This document shows, piece after piece, positions 18,765 to 29,900 of a DNA stretch of 47,256 bases. The position numbers and the translations under genes were made by a program. This DNA is from a virus (taxonomy: Duplodnaviria; Heunggongvirae; Uroviricota; Caudoviricetes). Numbering within the stretch: the stretch's first letter is position 1; every line of letters begins with the position of its first letter. Under the pieces are notes generated by a model. It was not told the DNA's origin. It searched no databases and saw only the letters and a list, made by a program, of their open reading frames with translations. Location of the stretch: IMG/VR virus record IMGVR_UViG_3300042563_001894; one strand, given 5' to 3'.

Positions 18765-20147
18765 ATGGCGTCAAACAAAAATTTCGAGTATCTAGGTAGC
18801 ACCTTTCAGATACAATTACTAAACCAAATCATTATCGACAAAGACTTTTCACGGTCAATTATAGATGTGATTGAAACAAGTTATTTTGAGAATAAATATT
18901 TCAAATTAATCATCCAAATGATTAAGGAGTATTATACAAAATACGAACACACACCAACCTTTGACACATTAGAACAAATTACAAAATCTGAGATACAACA
19001 ACCTCTAGCAGCAAAAATAATTATTGATACCCTTACAAAAGTTAAGGAGTCTACGCTTGAAGGGGCTGAGTTTGTGCAAGAAAAATCGATGAAGTTCTGT
19101 AAACAACAGGAGTTACAGAAAGTAATGGTTAAAGCTCAAAAAATCATCGACACTGGTGAATTTGAGAGTTACGACACATTAGAAGAGATGGTGAGTAAAG
19201 CTCTTCAGGTTGGGGAACACGATAAGGGAACGGAAAGTGTTTTCAGCAATTTAGATGATGTTCTAAACGAGGATTATCGTCATCCGATACCAATGGGTAT
19301 TCCGGGGATAGATAGACTCTTAAAAGGAGGGTTGGCTAAAGGTGAAATCGGTGTTATTTTAGCACCAACAGGTGTAGGTAAATCTACTTTACTTACAAAA
19401 ATCTCAAATCACGCATTTAATTTGGGATATAATGTGTTACAAATATTCTTTGAGGATAACCCAAAGATTATTCAACGTAAACACATTACATTATGGACAA
19501 AAATCCATCCGGATGAATTGTCTATTAGAAAAGATGAAGTAATAACTAAAGTTCAAGAAATTAAGGAAAAAATGCCTAATGAATTGATACTTAAAAAACT
19601 TCCATCCGATACTGTAACAATGATGCAGATTAAGAATCAAATCAGAAAAATGATTTCAGAAGGAATCAAAATTGATATGGTATTATTGGACTACATTGAC
19701 TGTGTGGTACCGGATAAAAACTTGGGGGATGAATGGAAATCTGAAGGGTCTGTGATGAGAGGTTTTGAATCTATGTGTCACGAACTTGATTTGGTAGGAT
19801 GGACAGCGACTCAGGGTAATAGAAGTTCAATATCGTCTGATGTTGTTACAACCGACCAAATGGGTGGGTCTATTAAAAAAGCACAGGTTGGACACGTAAT
19901 CATTTCCGTGGCTAAATCTTTACAACAAAAAGAAATGAAATTAGCAACAATCGCAATTACTAAATCACGGATTGGTGATGATGGTGTTGTCTTTGAGAAT
20001 TGTAAATTTGACAATGGTATGTTGGAGATTGATACTGAAAGTTCAGTAACATTCTTAGGATTAGAAGAACAAACCGAAGAAAGAAATAGACAAAGAATCA
20101 AAGACTTGTTAGACAAGAGAAAAGAAAAAAACCAACAACAAAATTAA
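18765..20147 (+). CDS. dnaB: DnaB/T4 gp41-like replicative helicase
   Basis: Walker A APTGVGKST, FFED, Walker B LLDYID, WTATQGNR, KSR.G arginine finger. Confidence 0.9.
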   Translation: MASNKNFEYLGSTFQIQLLNQIIIDKDFSRSIIDVIETSYFENKYFKLIIQMIKEYYTKYEHTPTFDTLEQITKSEIQQPLAAKIIIDTLTKVKESTLEGAEFVQEKSMKFCKQQELQKVMVKAQKIIDTGEFESYDTLEEMVSKALQVGEHDKGTESVFSNLDDVLNEDYRHPIPMGIPGIDRLLKGGLAKGEIGVILAPTGVGKSTLLTKISNHAFNLGYNVLQIFFEDNPKIIQRKHITLWTKIHPDELSIRKDEVITKVQEIKEKMPNELILKKLPSDTVTMMQIKNQIRKMISEGIKIDMVLLDYIDCVVPDKNLGDEWKSEGSVMRGFESMCHELDLVGWTATQGNRSSISSDVVTTDQMGGSIKKAQVGHVIISVAKSLQQKEMKLATIAITKSRIGDDGVVFENCKFDNGMLEIDTESSVTFLGLEEQTEERNRQRIKDLLDKRKEKNQQQN

Positions 20148-20153
20148 TTTAAA

Positions 20154-21104
20154 ATGAAAGAAAAAATATTAGAACCGAATAATGACCGATTCGTTATCTT
20201 CCCTATAGAACATAACGATATATGGGAATTTTATAAACAACACCAAGCCGCGTTTTGGACGGCAGAAGAAGTGGATTTATCTAACGATATTAGAGATTGG
20301 GAAAATCTATCTGATAATGAGAGGTTCTTCCTTAAAAATGTATTAGCGTTCTTTGCGGCGTCTGATGGTATTGTTAATGAAAACTTGGCTGAGAATTTCT
20401 TAAAAGAAGTTCAATATGCTGAAGCAAAGTTCTTCTACGGATTCCAAATTATGATGGAGAACATTCACTCATTAATGTATTCATTATTGATTGATACTTA
20501 CGTATCTGACGAGAAAGAAAAGGATGAATGTTTTCACGCAATTGACAGATTACCTGCCGTTCAAAAGAAAGCTAAATGGGCTCTTGATTGGATTGAAAAC
20601 TCTTCATTTCAAGAAAGATTAGTGGCGTTTGCGGCGGTTGAAGGTATATTCTTCTCCGGTTCATTCTGTTCTATCTTTTGGATGAAATCAAGAGGAATTA
20701 TGCAAGGATTGTGTAACGCTAATAGTCTTATTTTTAAAGATGAAAACTTACACTGTGATTTTGCTATCCATTTGATTAACAATCACGTTGAGAACAAACC
20801 AACAGAGAAAAGAATTAAAGAAATTTTATTATCTGCGTTAGAGATTGAAAAAGAGTTTATTACTGAGTCATTACCTGTATCTTTAATAGGTATGAATTCA
20901 AATTTGATGAAACAATATCTTGAATTTGTAACTGACGGACTATTAGTTAAGTTTGGATGTAAGAAACATTTTAATGTGGAACAACCATTCAAATTTATGG
21001 AACAAATAGCTGTCGAGACAAAGGGTAATTTCTTTGAGTCAAGAACTATGGAATACCAAAAGGCGAAATTAGGTGAGTCATTAACATTTACAGAAGATTT
21101 TTAA
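20154..21104 (+). CDS. nrdB: Class Ia ribonucleotide reductase small subunit
   Basis: [53 protein letters not shown] motifs. Confidence 0.97.
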   Translation: MKEKILEPNNDRFVIFPIEHNDIWEFYKQHQAAFWTAEEVDLSNDIRDWENLSDNERFFLKNVLAFFAASDGIVNENLAENFLKEVQYAEAKFFYGFQIMMENIHSLMYSLLIDTYVSDEKEKDECFHAIDRLPAVQKKAKWALDWIENSSFQERLVAFAAVEGIFFSGSFCSIFWMKSRGIMQGLCNANSLIFKDENLHCDFAIHLINNHVENKPTEKRIKEILLSALEIEKEFITESLPVSLIGMNSNLMKQYLEFVTDGLLVKFGCKKHFNVEQPFKFMEQIAVETKGNFFESRTMEYQKAKLGESLTFTEDF

Positions 21105-21107
21105 AAT

Positions 21108-23522
21108 ATGATGTCATTAAAGATAAAAAAAAGAGGGGGTGACGAGGTGTCGTTTAACCCCCAAAAAATATACAGTCGAGTAAAAAGAGCTGCTAAAGGG
21201 TTAAACGTTAATGCTGATGAGGTATTCATTAAGGTGATTACTTCTGTTCCGACTGAAGGTGTGATTACCACAAAAGAGTTAGATAAATTGGTTTACGAGA
21301 TTGCTGCGGCTTATACCGGTAGTCATCACGATTATTCAAGATTGGCTTCTTCGGTGGCTATTTCTGCGTATCATAAAGAAACTGACGAAAGTTTCTGTAA
21401 TACTATGAAACGTTTACACGAGGATGGAGTTATTAATGACATATTAATTGATACTATTAACGAATATGGTTGGGGGGATATTGATTCTGTAATAAATCAC
21501 GAGAATGATTACAATTTTGATTATTTTGCGTGGAAATCATTACAGGAAATGTATTTGTTGAAGACTCCACAAGGTGTTGTTGTTGAAAGACCGCAACATA
21601 TGTATATGAGAGTTGCTTTATGGGTTACTAAATCATTTGAAGAGGCGGTTGAATACTACAATTCGTTATCAAATCAACTTATCTCTCCGGCAACCCCAAT
21701 TATGATTAATGCGGGAACTAAAACACCTCAATTAGCGTCCTGTGTGTTGAAATACAATAACGGGGATTCAAGACAAGGTTTATTAGACACCTTTAATGAT
21801 ATTTCAACGTATTCATCAGATGCTGCAGGTATTGGATTATGTATGTCTAACATTCGTAGTAAAGAGAGTCGTATTAACTCATCAGGTGGATTTGCCGGTG
21901 GTTTATTGAAATACCTAAAGATTGTTAACGAAGGACTGAGATTCTTTAATCAACAAGGTAGAAGACCGGGTAGCGCCGCCATCTACATAGAACCTTGGCA
22001 TAAAGACATTATGGACTTACTTGAAATCAAAAAGAATACAGGTGCTGAGGAGTTGAGAGCAAAAGATTTGTTTACGTCAATTTGGTTACCGGACAACTTT
22101 ATGAACGCGGTTAAGAACAATGATGATTGGTACTTATTCTGCCCTAACGACATTGTTAAAGCGGGTATTAAACCATTACAAGAGGCTTACGGTGATGAGT
22201 ATGAATCAAACTACAACAAAGCGGTTGAACTTGGTTTAGGTAAGAAAGTGAAAGCTCAGACAATTTGGAATAAAATTATTGAATCTCAGGTTGAAACCGG
22301 AGTTCCTTACTTATGTTCTAAAGATAGTGCAAACAGAAAAACAAACCATCAAAACATTGGGGTGATTAAACAATCTAACCTATGTAATGAGATTTACCAA
22401 TATACTGATGAAAACACCACAGCAATCTGTACATTATCATCTATGGTATTGAAAAACTTTATTATTAAAGGTGAGTTTGATTTCAAGTTACTTTACAGTG
22501 AGGTTAGAAAGGTTGTTAGAGCACTTAACAAAGTTGTTGACATTAATAGTTACTCAACTGAACAAGGTAGAAAAGGTGGTTTAGAACAAAGAGCGATTGC
22601 GATTGGAACTCAAGGTCTTGCTGACGTATTCTTCTTAATGGATTATATCTTCACGACTGAAGAGGCAAAACAATTAAACAAAGAAATTTTTGAAACAATC
22701 TATTTTGCTGCAATCACCGAAAGTATGAACTTATGTAAAACAGGTGAATACAAACCATATAAATTCTTTAAAGGGTCACCAATGTCAAAAGGGATATTTC
22801 AATTTGATATGTGGGGATTAGATTACGAAGGATTAGGTAGAATGTGGGATTGGGACTCACTTAAATTAGAGGTGTCCAACCACGGGGTTTGTAACTCATT
22901 ATTTACGGCTCAGATGCCGGTAGCATCTTCGGCTAAAATCACAGGTTCATTTGAAATGACAGAACCGGCTCACTCGGCATTATTTAATCGTCGTGTGGTT
23001 GGGGGAGAAATTTTAATTGTTAATAAATACTTAATTAACGATTTTGAAAAGTTAGGTGTTTGGTGTGAGGATTTAAAAAATGAAATCATAATGAATGAAG
23101 GTTCTGTTCAAAACATTAACTTTAATCATTATTTGGACACGGAAGATAAGAATTACAATAAAAAGGTAAAAAGAATTGAACATTTAATTCCTAAATATAG
23201 AACAATTTGGGAAATATCTCAAAGAGAACTTATTGATATGGCGGCTGACAGAGCACCATTTATTGACCAATCACAGTCGATGAATATCTATATGTCTGAA
23301 CCAACATTATCAAAGATTTCATCATCTCACTTCCATTCTTGGGGTAAAGGATTAAAAACTCTTTGTTACTATGTTAGAACAAAAGCAATATCAACCGGGG
23401 CAAAACATTTGGCAGTTGATATTACAAAAGTACAACAACCAAAGACTATTGAAAAACCAACGGTAGATTTAACACAAAAACCTACTGACACAGAATTTGA
23501 GTGTTTTGGGTGTGGTTCTTAA
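21108..23522 (+). CDS. nrdA: Class Ia ribonucleotide reductase large subunit with N-terminal ATP cone
   Basis: IKKRGG ATP cone, ATPIMINAGT, QLASC, SNLCNEI active site, KTLCYYVR, C-terminal CFGC redox pair. Confidence 0.97.
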   Translation: MMSLKIKKRGGDEVSFNPQKIYSRVKRAAKGLNVNADEVFIKVITSVPTEGVITTKELDKLVYEIAAAYTGSHHDYSRLASSVAISAYHKETDESFCNTMKRLHEDGVINDILIDTINEYGWGDIDSVINHENDYNFDYFAWKSLQEMYLLKTPQGVVVERPQHMYMRVALWVTKSFEEAVEYYNSLSNQLISPATPIMINAGTKTPQLASCVLKYNNGDSRQGLLDTFNDISTYSSDAAGIGLCMSNIRSKESRINSSGGFAGGLLKYLKIVNEGLRFFNQQGRRPGSAAIYIEPWHKDIMDLLEIKKNTGAEELRAKDLFTSIWLPDNFMNAVKNNDDWYLFCPNDIVKAGIKPLQEAYGDEYESNYNKAVELGLGKKVKAQTIWNKIIESQVETGVPYLCSKDSANRKTNHQNIGVIKQSNLCNEIYQYTDENTTAICTLSSMVLKNFIIKGEFDFKLLYSEVRKVVRALNKVVDINSYSTEQGRKGGLEQRAIAIGTQGLADVFFLMDYIFTTEEAKQLNKEIFETIYFAAITESMNLCKTGEYKPYKFFKGSPMSKGIFQFDMWGLDYEGLGRMWDWDSLKLEVSNHGVCNSLFTAQMPVASSAKITGSFEMTEPAHSALFNRRVVGGEILIVNKYLINDFEKLGVWCEDLKNEIIMNEGSVQNINFNHYLDTEDKNYNKKVKRIEHLIPKYRTIWEISQRELIDMAADRAPFIDQSQSMNIYMSEPTLSKISSSHFHSWGKGLKTLCYYVRTKAISTGAKHLAVDITKVQQPKTIEKPTVDLTQKPTDTEFECFGCGS

Positions 23523-23546
23523 TTAAATTAAAATAATTATAACAAT

Positions 23547-23572
23547 AATCACGACTTCGGTCGTGATTTTTT
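23547..23572 (+). terminator. Intrinsic terminator with C(UUCG)G tetraloop
   Basis: AATCACGAC-TTCG-GTCGTGATT perfect 9-bp stem followed by T-rich run, after nrdA. Confidence 0.9.
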
Positions 23573-23581
23573 ATTTTACTC

Positions 23582-23615
23582 TATTTATAAGAAATAATTA
23601 CGACACTATATTTAT
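23582..23615 (+). promoter_or_regulatory. Two TATTTAT motifs (23582-23588, 23609-23615)
   Basis: Between the nrdA terminator and the gp25-like ATG 23620. Confidence 0.5.
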
Positions 23616-23619
23616 AGTT

Positions 23620-24078
23620 ATGGCAGATGGAACAACATATGGTTTAACTTTTCCTTTCAGAGAATCTTTTGATGGGAAATACTTAGATTTATCAGATTAT
23701 AATGACCAAGAGATTAGGTCTAACTTAATACACCTTTTATTAACAAGAAAAGGTAGTAGATATTATTTACCGGATTTTGGGACAAGATTATATGAGTTTA
23801 TTTTTGAACCATTAGATGGTCCAACATTTTCAGAAATAGAATCTGAAATACGAGAATCCGCGGGAAACTATTTACCGGGGATAACAATAACTAACATTAG
23901 TGTCCAAGCCGCCTCAGAGGGTAGTGAAGATAAAGGTAGTTATATAAATGATAACGATGAGAGAATATTTCGGGTACCAAATATGTCGAATAAAGAACAT
24001 ACAGCGAAAGTTAAGATTGATTACACCATCAACAATGATGTGTTTAATAGTAGTGACTTTGTAATTATTAATATATAA
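23620..24078 (+). CDS. Baseplate wedge / sheath initiator, T4 gp25 / P2 gpW-like
   Basis: GLTFPF...IRSNLIHLLLTRKGSRYYLPDFGTRLYEFIFEP. Start moved to ATG 23620 because the 23563 ATG lies inside the terminator. Confidence 0.9.
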   Translation: MADGTTYGLTFPFRESFDGKYLDLSDYNDQEIRSNLIHLLLTRKGSRYYLPDFGTRLYEFIFEPLDGPTFSEIESEIRESAGNYLPGITITNISVQAASEGSEDKGSYINDNDERIFRVPNMSNKEHTAKVKIDYTINNDVFNSSDFVIINI

Positions 24079-24082
24079 AATT

Positions 24083-25921
24083 ATGGCAAACAAGAAAATT
24101 TCCTACACAACAAGGGATTTCCAATCAATCAGAACTGAGTTAATTAACTTCACTAAAACGTATTATCCGGACACGATTCAAAACTTCAATGACGCGTCTG
24201 TTTTTTCTGTATTATTAGATTTGAACGCTGCGGTAACGGATAACTTACAATTTAACATTGATAGAAGTATTCAAGAGACAGTTCTTCAATATGCTCAACA
24301 AAGGTCGTCAGTTTTTAATATAGCAAAAACTTATGGATTAAAAGTTCCGGGTATGAGACCATCGGTTGCTTTAGTTGATTTTTCAATTACAGTTCCTGCT
24401 TTTGGGGATAAAGAAGATTTACGATATTGTGGTATTCTAAGAAGAGGGTCACAAGTTAATGGTGCCGGACAAGTCTTTGAAACTGTATATGATATTGATT
24501 TCTCATCACCTATTAATGGTGAAGGTTTTCCAAATAGACTAAAAATACCTAATTTTGATTCAAATAATAAATTATTAAACTATACAATTACTAAACGAGA
24601 AACTGTTGTTAATGGAACAACAAAAGTGTTTAAAAAAGTAATAACACCTAATGATGTTAGACCTTTTTATGAATTATTTTTACCGGACAAGAATGTATTG
24701 GGTATAACTAGTGTTTTGTTGAAAGATAGTACACAGTATACTAATATACCGTCAGTTCAGGAGTTCTTAGGGTTAGATAATAGATGGTATGAAGTGGATG
24801 CTTTGGCGGAAGATAGAGTATTTGTAGAAGACCCAACAAAAGTATCGGATTCTCCGGGGATTAAAGTGGGGAAATACATTCAAACAAGTACTAAGTTTAT
24901 TAGTGAATTTACACCTGAAGGATTTTTAAAAATTACTTTTGGGGGTGGTTCACAATCTGCGGACGAACAGTTAAGAGAGTTTGCAAGAGATGGTTATCAA
25001 TTAAATCTATATAAGTATTCCAACAACTTAGCGTTAGGTAGTACTTTAAAACCAAATACAACACTATTCATACAATATAGAGTTGGTGGTGGTGTAGGTA
25101 GTAATATTGGTGTAAATTCAATTACTCAAATAGGTACAGTATCATTCTTTGTGAACGGACCATCAGATAGTATTAACACAACTGTAGTAAATTCATTAAG
25201 ATGTACAAACGTAACCGCAGCGATTGGGGGAGCTAATTACCCAACAACTGAAGAAGTTAGAAATTTAGTTTCATATAATTTCTCATCACAAAAAAGAGCG
25301 GTAACCGTAAATGATTACGATTCAATAATCCGAACAATGCCTTCACAATTTGGAGCTCCGGCAAAAGTATCAATAACGGAAAACAATAATAAAATTATTG
25401 TCCAAATGTTGTCGTATGATGAAACAGGTAGACTAACAGAGGTAATTTCAAACACTTTAAAGAATAATGTTGCAAATTATTTATCAAACTATCGTATGAT
25501 AAATGATTATGTGTCAATACAAAGTGCTAACGTTATTGATTTAGGATTTAATATTGATGTTGTTTTAGATAATACACAAAACCAAGGAACAGTTATTTCT
25601 CAAATCATTACGATTGTTTCGGAATATTTTAATCCGGAAAATAGACAAATGGGTGAAAATGTTAATATTTCTGAATTAAGAAGATTAATACAAAGTGAAA
25701 ACGGGGTAATTTCATTATCCGATATTCAAGTCTTTAATAAAGTTGGTGGACAGTATTCATCATCTCAAACATCTCAACGATATATTGACAGTACAACTTA
25801 TCAGATAGGGTTAATTGATGATACAATCTTTGCGGAACCAAACCAAACTTACCAAATAAAATATGCAAACAAAGATATAAACATTAGAGTTAAAAATTTA
25901 AAAACGGTTAATTTCTCTTGA
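24083..25921 (+). CDS. Baseplate wedge protein, T4 gp6 / P2 gpJ-like
   Basis: RDFQSIRTELINF, QYAQQRSSV..IAK..G, FGGG, YRVGGG..SNI, AAIGG...EEVR...QKRAVTVNDY motifs; follows gp25. Confidence 0.9.
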   Translation: MANKKISYTTRDFQSIRTELINFTKTYYPDTIQNFNDASVFSVLLDLNAAVTDNLQFNIDRSIQETVLQYAQQRSSVFNIAKTYGLKVPGMRPSVALVDFSITVPAFGDKEDLRYCGILRRGSQVNGAGQVFETVYDIDFSSPINGEGFPNRLKIPNFDSNNKLLNYTITKRETVVNGTTKVFKKVITPNDVRPFYELFLPDKNVLGITSVLLKDSTQYTNIPSVQEFLGLDNRWYEVDALAEDRVFVEDPTKVSDSPGIKVGKYIQTSTKFISEFTPEGFLKITFGGGSQSADEQLREFARDGYQLNLYKYSNNLALGSTLKPNTTLFIQYRVGGGVGSNIGVNSITQIGTVSFFVNGPSDSINTTVVNSLRCTNVTAAIGGANYPTTEEVRNLVSYNFSSQKRAVTVNDYDSIIRTMPSQFGAPAKVSITENNNKIIVQMLSYDETGRLTEVISNTLKNNVANYLSNYRMINDYVSIQSANVIDLGFNIDVVLDNTQNQGTVISQIITIVSEYFNPENRQMGENVNISELRRLIQSENGVISLSDIQVFNKVGGQYSSSQTSQRYIDSTTYQIGLIDDTIFAEPNQTYQIKYANKDINIRVKNLKTVNFS

Positions 25922-25952
25922 TAATTTAATCGGTATTCTCTATTTTTAATAA

Positions 25953-26879
25953 ATGGATTATATTACAGATATTTTAACTTTTATTAAAGGGTATAATGGG
26001 ACTTGGTCTCAATGTTTTGTTGCGGGATTATATCTTAACTTCAGATTGATTTGTTCTTTTATTATTTTTTTGATTTTTTTTAATCAAATTAGGGTAACTA
26101 AAAAAGTAACAAAATTTCAAATTTTTTTATTAATAATTGTTAGTTCTTTTATTACTTCAGATATTACCGATTTTAATGAAAGAAGAAAATTAGAAACAAT
26201 CCAACACCCCCAAGATTATTTTAATAAAAATACCAAAAATTTAGTTATAGTTGTTGAAGGTTCGTTAGGACCATTCAAGGATGTGTCAGGGGCTAATGAG
26301 GTTCAAATTGACATTTCTAAGTCGAGGGACTTAGATGGTTTGGGTTTGGTTGAAAGTAAGGTCGAAACTAAAGAGACAAGTGTAATTACATATATTGGAA
26401 CAAACAACTATAATTTAACGTCCGAAGAGGTTTTTAAAACAGTAAAGTATTTTAGGCTATTTAACCCAACAGGTAAGGTTGTTCTTATTGGACATAGTAT
26501 TGGTGGGTATAATGTTGCTCAGGTGTTGGATAATTTAAATAAAGAAAAAATTGGTGTTGATTTAGTTGTTTTCTTAGATAGTGCTAACCAATTGTATAAT
26601 AACTATGATTATCAAATTAAAGATAATGTTGGTTATGTGATAAACTTTATGTCTGTTAAATGGTCGGACAATATGATTTTCTTCACCAATTCAGGGGGAC
26701 GAGTGTCCTTATTTAAGGATAATCGAATAACTAAAGTCCTTAATGTTGATATTCCTAATACAACTCACACATCTATTGATAACACTGTTCACAAATATGT
26801 TATTAGTATTGTTAATAATTTTTTAGAAAAAAAATCAAACCCTATTGATTTTGTTAAACAATATAAGTTTAAACCATAA
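25953..26879 (+). CDS. Membrane-anchored alpha/beta-hydrolase (esterase/lipase-like)
   Basis: Hydrophobic N-terminal segments (LICSFIIFLIFF; FQIFLLIIVSSFI). Nucleophile elbow VVLIGHSIGG, downstream VFLDSA and TTHTSID as candidate acid and His. Confidence 0.7.
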   Translation: MDYITDILTFIKGYNGTWSQCFVAGLYLNFRLICSFIIFLIFFNQIRVTKKVTKFQIFLLIIVSSFITSDITDFNERRKLETIQHPQDYFNKNTKNLVIVVEGSLGPFKDVSGANEVQIDISKSRDLDGLGLVESKVETKETSVITYIGTNNYNLTSEEVFKTVKYFRLFNPTGKVVLIGHSIGGYNVAQVLDNLNKEKIGVDLVVFLDSANQLYNNYDYQIKDNVGYVINFMSVKWSDNMIFFTNSGGRVSLFKDNRITKVLNVDIPNTTHTSIDNTVHKYVISIVNNFLEKKSNPIDFVKQYKFKP

Positions 26880-26926
26880 TTTATTTTCAAAAAAAATGTT
26901 TTATCTTTTAAAAATGGTATATAAAC

Positions 26927-26933
26927 TATTTAT
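26927..26933 (+). promoter_or_regulatory. TATTTAT motif (putative late promoter)
   Basis: Intergenic, 14 nt before ATG 26948. Confidence 0.5.
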
Positions 26934-26947
26934 TAAAAAAGATAAAA

Positions 26948-29900
26948 ATGTCAAAATCTTATAGAATAAGAACAAAGGTCGGTGTTGACACTTCAGTTAA
27001 AGTATTAATTGACCAAGAGTTCGAACATTTAGAAATATTATCCTTAAAAATATTACAAACAGACATCTATACTAGACAATGTGCTGATTATGGTGTTATT
27101 GTTGGACGTGTTAGTGTTAATAATGGATTTGGTGTTCCAAATGCCAAAGTATCTATCTTCATACCTTTAGATAGTAAAGACCAAGCTGACCCAATTATTT
27201 CTGAGTTATATCCGTATAAATCATTGTTAGATAATAATGATGATGGTTATAGATATAATTTACTACCCTATAAACCATCATATAGTGCTCACGTTCCTAC
27301 CGGGACATTTTTCACTAGAACGGATGTTTTAACTAACCCAACTTTAATTGAAGTTTACGACAAGTATTATAAATATAATGCGGTTACAAACGATAGTGGT
27401 GATTATATGATTTTTGGGGTTCCTGTTGGTGCTCATCTAATTGTTTTAGATGTTGATTTGTCTGACATTGGAGAATTTTCATTATCACCTCAAGATTTGA
27501 TTAGAATGGGTCTTGCAACAGAAGCTCAAGTATCCGGAACAAATTTTAAATCATCAAATAATTTAAGAGAATTACCACAAATTGTATCGGTAAATAGAAG
27601 TATTGAGGTTGAACCATTATGGGGACAACCTGAAATTTGTAATTTAGGTATAACAAGAACAGATTTTGATTTAAGTAGTGAGGCGAATGTTGATATTCGA
27701 CCAACATCTATTTTTATGGGTTCTATAATTTCTGACTCAGATACTAACGCATTAAAGTCTAATTGTAAACCAACTAACAGGTCGGGGTATCAATGTAGTT
27801 TAACTACGGGTCCCGGTGAAATATTGGCGATTAGACAAACAATACAACAAGATTCTAACGGGTTACCTATTCTTGAAAATTTTAGTTTAGAGGGGGGTGG
27901 TAAAGTTATTGATGAAAACGGAACTTGGTTGGTAGATGTCCCAATGAATATGGATTACTATGTAACCAATGAGTTTGGAGAACAAGTTCTTTCAAATGAC
28001 CCTGAGGTTGGTATCCCAACTAAAGCAAAATATAGATTTAAAGTAAAATGGTCTCAATCACCATCATTATCAGACCTTACTAAAAGAGCTTATTTTTTAG
28101 TACCAAATATTAGAGAATATAGTTCCAATCAATTTGAATCGTATGCTTTTAGCGTTGATTGGAATGATTATGGAAATACTCAAATGATTCAAGACGCTAT
28201 AAATTGTGATGATAAGTTTTACATAATGCAGTATAATAAAGTTTATACTGTATCAGAATTTATATATAATCATAGAGGGGGTAGCGGAAGTGAAAGGTAT
28301 GTCGGTATTAAAAATATCTTAGAGGAATCTTGTGAAACTGAAAATAATAAATTTCCAACAAATGATGGTAATTTTAGGTTTGACATACTATACATAATTT
28401 TTATGTTTTTCAGTATAATACTTACACCGGTATTCTTTGCGTTAATATTGGTGATGCACATTTTATATTTTGTTGTGTGGTTATTAAGGCTTATAGTTAT
28501 ACCTGGATTAATTGTTTGGTGTGCTATTAGTATTATTAACTACGGGATATTGATTCTTGGTTGTGTTCCATATGCTTTAGGGATGATTGCGGGGTATTTG
28601 GCTATGATAGTTATATATATAATATTAGGACTTCTTTTGGCGTATATTTTAAGGCTGTTATGGAAACTTGACTTAAAAGGGATAAAAGTTCCTATATTAA
28701 CATATCCGGATTGTGACCTTTGTTCTTGTGAACAAGGACAAAGTGTTAATGAAAACCCTGACCCGGATGGTAATGATGAGGATGAAGAAAATGAATTAGT
28801 ACCGTGTCCAACAATATCGTCAGACCCTAAACCAATATCACCATTAAATGCTGGTTTAATAAGTGTTCCATTATCTACCTTTGCAACGTTTAAATTACCA
28901 TCCTTTAATGCTGAGACAAATCCAAATGGGTTTCCGGGTCAAAGAAAAGTTATTTTTGCTAATGATTTTGCGGGGTATCAATTTGATAATCAATATGGGT
29001 CATCCACTATTGGAGCACCTTACTTACAAAGTGAGGTTATTGCTGTGGGTGAAGGGGGTGATAGTACATCTTTTGCGTATGATTGGTTTACTAACGCATT
29101 ACCAATGGCGGATAGAATTAACTTATTTAATGTTAAAGCGAAATATTTTAATAGTGGTACAACTAATCCGGGAGGTGGTGTTAATAGAATTAATGTTACT
29201 TTTGACGAAGCACGTAATCCGGGTAAATTTCATAAAGATAATACTATTGTAATATTATGTGATAAATCAACTGCTAGAAGATTAGTTGCGGGAGAAATGT
29301 TGGCTTTTCAAAATCCGACTTTTAGTAAAGACCCAAATTTAACGGGAGGTATTAAAAATATATTTAATAACAACGCAATTACAGGAACAACATATACAGG
29401 TGATACAACGGTGACAGTTAATTACGCACATCCTAACGGTATTAGTAGTATGTTATCAACTACTTATGATGTTAGAGTATTTGATGATGCTGGTCCATAT
29501 AGTGCAAAAACAACTACAAATACCCATAAATTCCCTATTGATATAGAATATTTCCAAGTTATTACTGCTATGACATACAGTAATTTTAGTGGTCAATGTG
29601 TAAATACTTTACCTAATTCATTAAATAAAAAATACTTCAGAAATGAGTCGACTTTGTTTCAATTGTTCTCAACTATTAATGGAGGAAGACGGGATTGGAC
29701 GGGTACTATTTTTAACCCAAATTGTTATTATCGACCTAATGGTAACACACATCCAGACCCAATACCTTTTGGAGTTCAAAAGTATGATTCGATGAATTAT
29801 GTTAGAAACCGTAATGAAAACGTTGTTGTGATATTAAATAGAGGTGTTGACCCATATACCAGTAAAATACCAATTAAATATGGTATTGGTAAACTTTTTG

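Noticed and set aside
16227-23522. Inteins or introns in recA, dnaB, nrdA, nrdB
   Set aside because: Lengths are typical, motifs are contiguous, and no intein-like or homing endonuclease segments were seen.
23563-23619. ORF-track start of the gp25-like gene
   Set aside because: This ATG lies within the nrdA terminator stem; ATG 23620 follows the TATTTAT motifs and begins the gp25-like sequence.
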